Shown piece by piece: positions 55,425-64,000 of a stretch of 64,000 bases of DNA. Under the pieces are notes generated by a model. It was not told the origin of the DNA. It did no database searches and worked only from the letters and a program-made list of their open reading frames with translations. The DNA comes from Eledone cirrhosa. Lineage: Eukaryota. Every line of letters starts with the position of its first letter. The stretch's first letter is position 1. The DNA lies in assembly GCA_964016885.1 (NCBI GenBank), contig OZ024745.1, forward strand, positions 125,612,001 through 125,676,000, given 5' to 3'. A program made the position numbers and the translations under genes.

Positions 55425-56800
55425 TAGATTGGTAGTTTCAGTAGAGAATCAGACACCATCCTTTTCAGCATAGAGTTATGACCCTTTACGTTCTGAGTTC
55501 AAATCCCGCCGAAGTTAACTTTGCCTTTCATACTTACGTGGTCAATTCCTTACGTGATCGATAAAATAGAGCACCAGTAATGCACTGGGGGTAATTGCTG
55601 GACTTGTGCCTATGTATGAAACCACTATTATTAATCGATGCAGTGGATTGGCAGTATCGGTAGAGCATCGGACACCATGCTTTGCAGCATAGAGTTATGA
55701 CCCTTTACGTTCCGAGTTCAAATCCCACCGAAATTAACTTTGCCTTTCATCCTTGCGGGGTCGATAAAACAAAGTACCAGTAATGCACTGAGGTAATTGC
55801 TGGCCTTGTGCCCATAGTAGAAACAATTATTTTAAGACTGAAGGACGTGACATGACATTGATTTCGGAGTTCTTTCTTGTTGGCTAATCGATTACATAGC
55901 AGTTTCTTCTCTCTTAAGGACTCATCCAATTCTAAGATAACATTAAAAGGTTGAATTAATGATTATCAGAATCGTTAGAGCGTCGGGCAATATGATTTGC
56001 GGCATTTGCTCCGGCTCTTTGCATTCTAAGTACATATCCCACCGATGTCAACTTCTGTACTGGGGTCAATTTAACCGACTTTCCTCTCCCACCAAAATTT
56101 CTGGCCTTGTGCCTAATTTAGAAACCAGGCTGAATAAATCTTTAGATATCTTAAAAAGTTTATCCCATGACAAAAAACAAACAAACAAACAGAAAATCAA
56201 TAAGTTGAATAATTGTTTCTACTTAATGATTGTTTCTACTTTAGGCACAAGGCCAGCAATTTTGGAAGAGGGAGAAGTCGATTAAATCGACCCCAGTGCA
56301 TTACTGGTGCTTTATGTTATCGACTCTATAAGGATGAAAGGCAAAGCTAACCTCGATTGGATTTGAACTCAGAACGTAAAGGGCTGTAACTCTATGTCGT
56401 AAAGCATGTTGTCCGACCCTCTACTCATACTGCCAAATACAACTTCGAATTTATATTTGTTTGGCAATTATGGATATCAGATTATGTTGGAATTGAATGT
56501 ATTGAATCGTGGCAGTGTCATAATACTATTTAAATTTATTCATACTCTATTATATTCACTTTTGGTTTACGGTGGATTGGCAGTATCGGTAGAACATCGG
56601 ATAATATGCCTTGCAGCACAGAGTTTATGGCCCTTTACGTTCTGTGTTCATATCCCGCCGAGATTAGCTTAGCCTTTATTTTATCGACCCGTAAGGATTT
56701 ACGGGGTCGATAAAATAAAGTACCAGTAAATCACTGCGGTCAATTTCATTCACTTACCCCTCCCCCAAAATTGCTGGCCTTGTGCCTAAATCAGGAACCA
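55425..56800. mobile_element. Cluster of family-A SINEs in mixed orientation
   Basis: Copies at about 55425 (+), 55643 (+), 55965 (+), 56229-56435 (-) and 56570 (+). Confidence 0.85.
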
Positions 56801-57503
56801 TTATATATACTATTAAGTGTCAAAGAACTACGTGGTACATTTACCGAATGGTCACTAAAACCATTTTACCAGTCCACTATTCATCTATTCATCCCTGCAA
56901 TAGAACGATACCTGTGATAAGGTCGTTGATGTATGAGGTATTATCTTAAGAGCTTATATTTAAAAAATTTGAAAGTTCTATTTCAAATTTTCCTAATGAT
57001 TCTTCATTCAACCTATCTAGCTACAGGTTTAAAATCTTTTTAACCCTTTAGCATTTAAACCAGGCTGGTTTAAATGCTAAAGGGTTAAAAAGATTTCTGT
57101 TCAAACAGGCTGTAACTGGCCACTCATTCTGATGTTAAGGGATTGTTCTCGAATTTAATGATATCAAAATCTCATAGATTCGATATTATGTGAAGTAAAG
57201 CTTTTATCGTGAAAATATAATAGTATATTCTTTTACCCTTTTACCTGTTCCAGCCATCCAGCTGAGGCCATGCTGAGGCACCATCCTTTCATATATAGTA
57301 ATGTAAATGGTTACAACGACTACTGTAGTAGCCATTGGCTCTTTAATCATTTGATTAACACACTCGTCCGGAATATATAAGATGCCGTCTTCGATTCCTC
57401 GCAGTTACCTCTGTCCACGTTCCGTCTTCTGGGGTATATTACAAGACTTTGTCTATTATTATTATTATTATAATTATTTGCGTTGGTACGACTGCATTTC
57501 AAA

Positions 57504-57534
<31 letters not shown>

Positions 57535-58963
57535 GCGTATGTGTAACTCGCCAATAAACTTGTAGAACACTATGGTCACGTCTATAGCTGTAAGATTCAT
57601 ATTCATATTTTCTGTATTTTAATTTGCTGCCGAAAAATAAAACCATAAATCATAAGTATACACTATAGAGGTTGATATAGCTTGTCACAGCAAAATTGAT
57701 TTATTGACCAACGGAGTATAGGAATAAAATTATTTCAACTGTTATCACTTATTGTTATTACTTTCGCTTAAGTAACACGCAAGTTTCCAATGTCTGAAGT
57801 TTACGATATATTTCGACAATCTTCATATTAACCCAGTCTTTCATATTTTTTCTTCTACGGCGAACAACTGAAATCCTCAAAATCACTGCAAATGTTAAGA
57901 TGATGATCTATCTTGATCATCATACTTTCATAATATGATAGAATTGTTTCTCAATGACTGATCTTCCACTTCAGAAAACAGAAAATATTTTAGTCACGAA
58001 CAGTTGCTAAATTTCTACAAATCACAGGATAGAGCAAACATGAAACATTGCAGCCGTGTTCGGGAATGGTACCCATGTTATACTCATGAATATCTTATAT
58101 TGATCAGCAAGTAGTCACTCTCCAATAAACTTCAATATTTGGTTGACAAACCAGTGAGGGAGTCTCTATGTTGTCTCTCGATCTACTACAAACAGTACCC
58201 ACATCTCCCTCATATCTTATTTCATCCTCTTAGAAAAGGAAGAGTTGGATACTGTAACCCACGATTCGTTGCACATATGACAAAGGCGGACGTGTCAAGG
58301 TTGAATTGCCTTTGATAACAGGTCTGCTAGGTCGCTGTCGACTAGGGGGTCAAACAATGGCACCAAAAGCCCTTGGTCAACAGACGTGCAGTCACCAAAC
58401 TCTGCCTTTTTCTCCCGCTACTACAACAGTCCCTACTCTCCAGAGCTATCTAGTTACGTACTACTTCCATCCTAAAATGCACAACACAATTCTCTCATTA
58501 ACCTTTTAGCATTTAAACTGGCCATATCTGGTCAGGATTCTCTCACCTGTTTCTGTTCAAACTGACTGTTAGCAGCCGCTCATACTGATGTTAAGGTATG
58601 GTTCTCAAAATAAAGAATATCAAAGTGCCATAGATGCGATATTATGTGAGGTAATTATGTGAGGTAAAGCCTTTACCATGAAAATATAATACTAAATATA
58701 GAGTAATGTAAATGCTATATTTTTCTTTTACCTCGGGCTCTGCACTAACCACTATGACTGCTGCATCAGAACTTCAGCCCGCTGGAATTCTTTTCCGTTC
58801 CACCTTTTACTTTAACTTACACCGGTCCCAGATTTTCTGCGATGGACAAGGTCACAGTCACCTCTACCTGACTGAAATAATATAACTATAAGAATGATAC
58901 AGTCTGGCAAAGAACGCCTTTGATCATTGATGGAATTCAACAACAACTACGCTCTCTCTCTCT

Positions 58964-58995
<32 letters not shown>

Positions 58996-60608
58996 CGCTG
59001 ATCACGTAATATGTTTTGCAGTGGTCCTAGAGGAAGGCATGCAATAGAGTTTGCAGTAGTTATTTACCAGATGTTTTTCTCTGATTTCAGCTAATAGAAT
59101 TAACAGTGAATATATTAATCTGTCTGGTATGTAGAGGTCACTGTTCGCAGTGAGACTGATTGACAAACAACTTGATAGATTATAGCTAATCAGATCTATC
59201 CTCTGTAACATTCCCTTATAAAGAATTATATCCTATATGCATGGAAATAACACTGTTGATGTTAAAAGACATAGGAGTGACGTTTGTATAATTTTCTACG
59301 TGAAATTTGTTTAGTCATACAGTGTCTTGTTGACGTTGTGTTTACATCCAAGATTATCAATCGCCTCAAACCAAATAGGACCCTCCTATTTCAGTTGAGT
59401 ATTCATAACTGTGTTTGTATGACTTTTACTTGTATATTTATAGAGAACGACACGATTTGTTGATTTAAGATAAACTTAACACCCCTTTACGCTCCGTGGT
59501 TTTTGACGACTATACCAAAAAGAATTCTTTCCTTATTATATACGTCTTACGGCCGATGGATTGGGGTTTTCTATGCGGTTGCTCAACAAAAAGCAATAGT
59601 TGGATAATAAAGTCCTAGATACCCACTAGAAATGGATGTTCACCGCCGAAATGTTTTTTGATCCACGGTCTAACCAACAACAACCTTATAACTTTCTATA
59701 ACAGTCTTCTACATATTTTATGTAGTTTATAATTAACGTTTGTAGTTTGCGAACTGACTCAATAAAAAATAGAACTCATTGGTTAATGAAGTCCTAGATA
59801 CCCTTAAAAACGGATGTTCACCGCCGAAATATCTTTGATCATGGGTCTGGTTAATCAGTCCTGCTTTGCACTGAACCTAGTAACTTTCTTACGGCAGTCT
59901 TTTTATATTTCTCACATAGTTTGTTATTAATTTGAAGTTTGTAGTATGTGAATTCATTTGCCTTTCATCCTTATGGGGTTGATAAAATAAAGTACCAGTA
60001 ATACACTGGGTAATTGCTGGCCTTGTGCCAAAAGTAGAAACAATTATTTATAATATACAAGGATGCGCAAGGAGGACGCGCAAATTCGTGAAGCGTTCCA
60101 TATATTTATTTTAAGGGCTGTAGATTGGCAGTATCGGTAGAGCCTCAGACATCATCGTTCGCCACATAGAGTTATGGCCCATTACGTTCTGAAATCACCA
60201 GCTGCTTGACCAGGTTTCTTGGCAAAATTATACGTATAGAATTCATCCAGCACTGTAACATACCCCACAATGCAACTTGGTCACTTGCTTATATTCGTAT
60301 GTATAGTGATGATCAGAGCCCTACCGAAATTAGATTTAGTGACAACCCGCTCTGGGAGGTTTCACATGCGGTGGTGGTTATTGTGGATAGATCTGCCCAA
60401 GATTGCACAGGTCGATTCGTCTCCCACTACAAATGAGAAGCGCTAACATCTTGTCGAGCACCTTTGCCAGAGTATATAATCCTTTATTTGGTTCCATCAT
60501 CGGCAACGTCACTACTCCTCGGATAACACAACTGAGACCGTTCTCAGTGTGATAGTTGAGATAGAAAACTGCCAAGTGAATAGCTAACAAGTCAGACATA
60601 TAAGACTA

Positions 60609-61060
60609 AGTTTTGGCGTTATGCCCATCGCAGTACAAGGTAGACCATCAAGTTTTGGCGTTAAGCCCATCGCAGTACTAGATAGACCATCAAGTTTTGG
60701 CGTTATGCTCATCGCAGTACTAGGTAGACCATCAAGTTTTGGCGTTAAGCCCATCGCAGTACAAGGTAGACCATCAAGTTTTGGCGTTAAGCCCATCGCA
60801 GTACTAGATAGACCATCAAGTTTTGGCGTTATGCCCATCGCAGTACTAGATAGACCATCAAGTTTTGGCGTTAAGCCCATCGCAGTACTAGATAGACCAT
60901 CAAGTTTTGGCGTTATGCCCATCGCAGTACTAGATAGACCATCAAGTTTTGGCGTTATGCCCATCGCAGTACTAGATAGACCATCAAGTTTGGGCGTTAA
61001 GCCCATCGCAGTACTAGGTAGACCATCAAGTTTTGGCGTTAAGCCCATCGTAGTACCATC
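60609..61060. repeat. 42-bp minisatellite, about 10.7 copies, with an open frame on each strand
   Basis: Unit agttttggcgttaWgcccatcgcagtacWagRtagaccatca; period 42. Confidence 0.97.
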
Positions 61061-61886
61061 CAGCCTTTTCGCTATTTCATCGGAGAAATGTGCGTTTTCG
61101 GTAAAAAGAAATTGTATGACTCCACCGTCACTAGTCCTTAGCACCTCGTGACCACAAACATGCGTTTGGAATCGGGTAGTTTGCATCCATTGTCTTCCAC
61201 CAAACATCGAACTGTGGTTATGTTTCCACGCTACACATCACCTATACACAAACGTAGTTTGCTCTTTCACTTTTCTGAACACACACCGGAGCATTAATGA
61301 AGCACCTTTCGGACTTTCCACTGAGGAAGTGGATGAGGAGCGTTCTGGCTACATGCCCATCGTTCACGTTTTCTCTCCTCCTTCTTATCAATCGTTAAGT
61401 TTCTCTAACTTGGTATTCTTTATTATTACCCAGGTTAACTTTGCCTTTCATCCTTACAGGGTCGATAAAATAAAGTACCAGTAATGAACTGGTAATTGCT
61501 GGCCTTGTTCCAAAAGTAGAAACAATTATTACATGTTATTAAAACGGACAAATTCTATCCTTGGCAGTGAGGCACAGCATCTGCTATTTGTAATAGATAG
61601 TTTATTTCCACCTTTACTAATTCGTTAATACAATCCCTGAAATCTTTCCTAGTCGGTAACAACATCAGTGGTATTGAGAAGAGAGAGATGTATGCATGGA
61701 TGACATCTAATATTCCATACAGTACTTCGCCCAGGCTTGCTCCAAGGAAAGCAACTTGCCAGGTGTAAATTCGTGGTCTGTCATGACCAAAATGGAATTT
61801 TAAATGTTTAAGATAATAATAATTCCTGCATTTTATCATTGAAAATTATGATTCTTCCTCAGTACAGTACAACATGTGTGCGTTTG

Positions 61887-61918
<32 letters not shown>

Positions 61919-61991
61919 AGTGTGAATGTGTGTGTGTGCGTGTGTGTGTGTGTTTGTATGTATGTCAGGTCGCTATTCAGCGCTACTGGTA

Positions 61992-62088
<97 letters not shown>

Positions 62089-62985
62089 TGCGTGTGTGTA
62101 TGAATGTATTTATGTCAGGTCGCTCTTCAGCGCTAGTGGTAACATGTAAACCTGTACAACTTGTGCATGGTCGGGTCGTCTGTGACTAAACCGGCAACCC
62201 CACGAAGGTTAGTGAGGAGGGGGGTTTTGGGACACGCTGCGGGACGAAAAACAAAATCCGTCAAAGGGTAAAAGGGTAGCGTAACTCAGGAGAGTCAACG
62301 GCCATCCAATAAAGCTTTTCTTCTTTTTTTTGTCGAGTGAGAGACCCCTAGTCTTCATCAACACATTTCTCTAGGAGAAGGTCACTCTAATATAAAACCT
62401 ACGACTTCATTTGCATTCAATGACGTAGATCAATTCTTCTTTTGGGGTAATTGCATTCGATGTTCAGTGGCCCCGTGCAAAGCATTTCCTCACTTAAAAA
62501 AGCTTCAAACACAGTCATTACTTGATACGTGACATGTTCGGCGATGCATGGTAATGCTGGCCATAGGCAAATCCATAGCAGGACTAAAAAGCCACGTCCG
62601 TGGCGCTCATGCTTAAGTATTAAGCGATGGCATTACTCGAAATCGAGTTGCAGCCATCATGTATGTGTGTGTGCATGCGTGTTTGTGTAGATTATGTGCA
62701 CGTTTGTGCGTATGTGTGAATGTGTATAAAGCCTTTGTGCGTATAATTTCAAGATTTTGTGTGTCATTGTTTCTGAAATACTAAAATCTACAATAATATT
62801 GAAGCTGGCTACAACTTTTACCATTCAATGTATAAAATGTTGAGATACTCTAATGTAAATGTTTCACGTTTGGTTTTTCTTATTTCATTTCTGCACACAT
62901 TTTCACGTGCATTGAAACACACACACAAACACAGATGCAGATATTTACACACATACGCATATGCACTCTTCCTCTCACACAGATA

Positions 62986-63025
<40 letters not shown>

Positions 63026-63558
63026 TACACATTCCCTTTCTTTCTTTCATAAACACACACACACTCCCTCTCACACACATACTCACATATACACATACAC
63101 ACACACACATACACACTCCCTTTCTTTCTTTCTTTCATAGACACACACACACACACACACTCTCTCTCTCATACACACACAACAAAGCGCTGTTTATCTT
63201 GGTGTCTCTCCAATTGCCCTCAGGAATTTCAATTGCGCTTTCAGCATTCACCTACCCCTCGTTGTTTTCTGAGTCATTGCTTGTCTCCACCTTGAAACCA
63301 TCTGACTCACTTATGACAGCCAACACGAGGTTGCCCTTTAACAGTAATGAACGATGTATCCAGAGAAAGAAATCTACTCAACCCGCCCACCAATATTTCG
63401 ACATATGAACAACCCAATTCAATGTTGTGATATATGACCAAAACAATGCATTCGTGTAGTATAATTTAGTGTAGACATTCACAATTGATATTACATGCCC
63501 AGATACACCATTTGATATGCAAAGACTTAGATACATATACTAGCAATGACAAGAAGTA

Positions 63559-63835
63559 CAGTTGTCACCCGGTATTCGCGGCGGTTACGTTCCTAGAGCA
63601 CATGCGAAGAGTGAAAAATCGCGAATATTGGACGTGGTCCAATACGGTATATTGTTATTAATAATTTAGCGTTTAAAAAAATATATTGCCAGGAAAAGAA
63701 AAACATTAAAAAATCATGGAAGGTATTTACGATTCCGCGAATATGCGGTGGTTTCCACGAACAATTATTAGTTAGGTTCTAAAAAAAAAAAAAAAAATGC
63801 GAATAACTGGGACCGCGAATGCCGGGGGTATACTG
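63559..63835. mobile_element. pogo/Tigger-like MITE
   Basis: TA/CAGTTGTCACCCGGTATTCGCGG ... CCGCGAATGCCGGGGGTATACTG/TA. Confidence 0.7.
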
Positions 63836-64000
63836 TATATACAAAAATATGTTACCAAAAATTAACAAATAATACGAACAAAAAATATATGAGTTCACTA
63901 CGTGTGCATTCACTAAAACAATAGCACTGTCAAGTCCAATAAATAGACAAACATAGGCACGTGGATACATGCATACACATTAATATATCAATCTATATAT

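Noticed and set aside
60609-61060. CRISPR-like regular array
   Set aside because: The units are contiguous with no unique spacers, there are no cas genes, and the context is eukaryotic.
63300-63390. Minus-strand segment ending ...VGCH before a GTGAGT donor
   Set aside because: It ends in phase 2, which is incompatible with the exon at 40372, and shows no convincing ADAMTS similarity.

Overview
AT-rich, microsatellite-dense animal genomic DNA; the SINE, LINE and microsatellite content suggests an octopus or other coleoid cephalopod, which is inference only. The minus strand carries eight internal coding exons (40372 down to 4326; 1173 nt, 391 aa, all GT-AG and phase-compatible) of an ADAMTS7/12-like metalloprotease. 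They cover the end of the prodomain, a furin site (RMRR), the catalytic domain with HELGHNLGMKHD and the Met-turn, and the disintegrin-like domain; I found no further exons, so the gene probably extends beyond both window ends. The introns hold SINEs, LINE fragments (R4/Dong, CRE-like, RTE, CR1), a Helitron Rep remnant, MITEs and two minisatellites. The most notable hidden layer is about 15-20 type I hammerhead ribozyme (HHR) motifs, read by eye, from several short Penelope-like or retrozyme-like element families, mostly inserted in (TA)n tracts and often arranged as fold-back palindromes. The best example is a 310-bp tandem array (22327-23367) with one HHR per unit and an inverted segment that ends at the predicted self-cleavage site.
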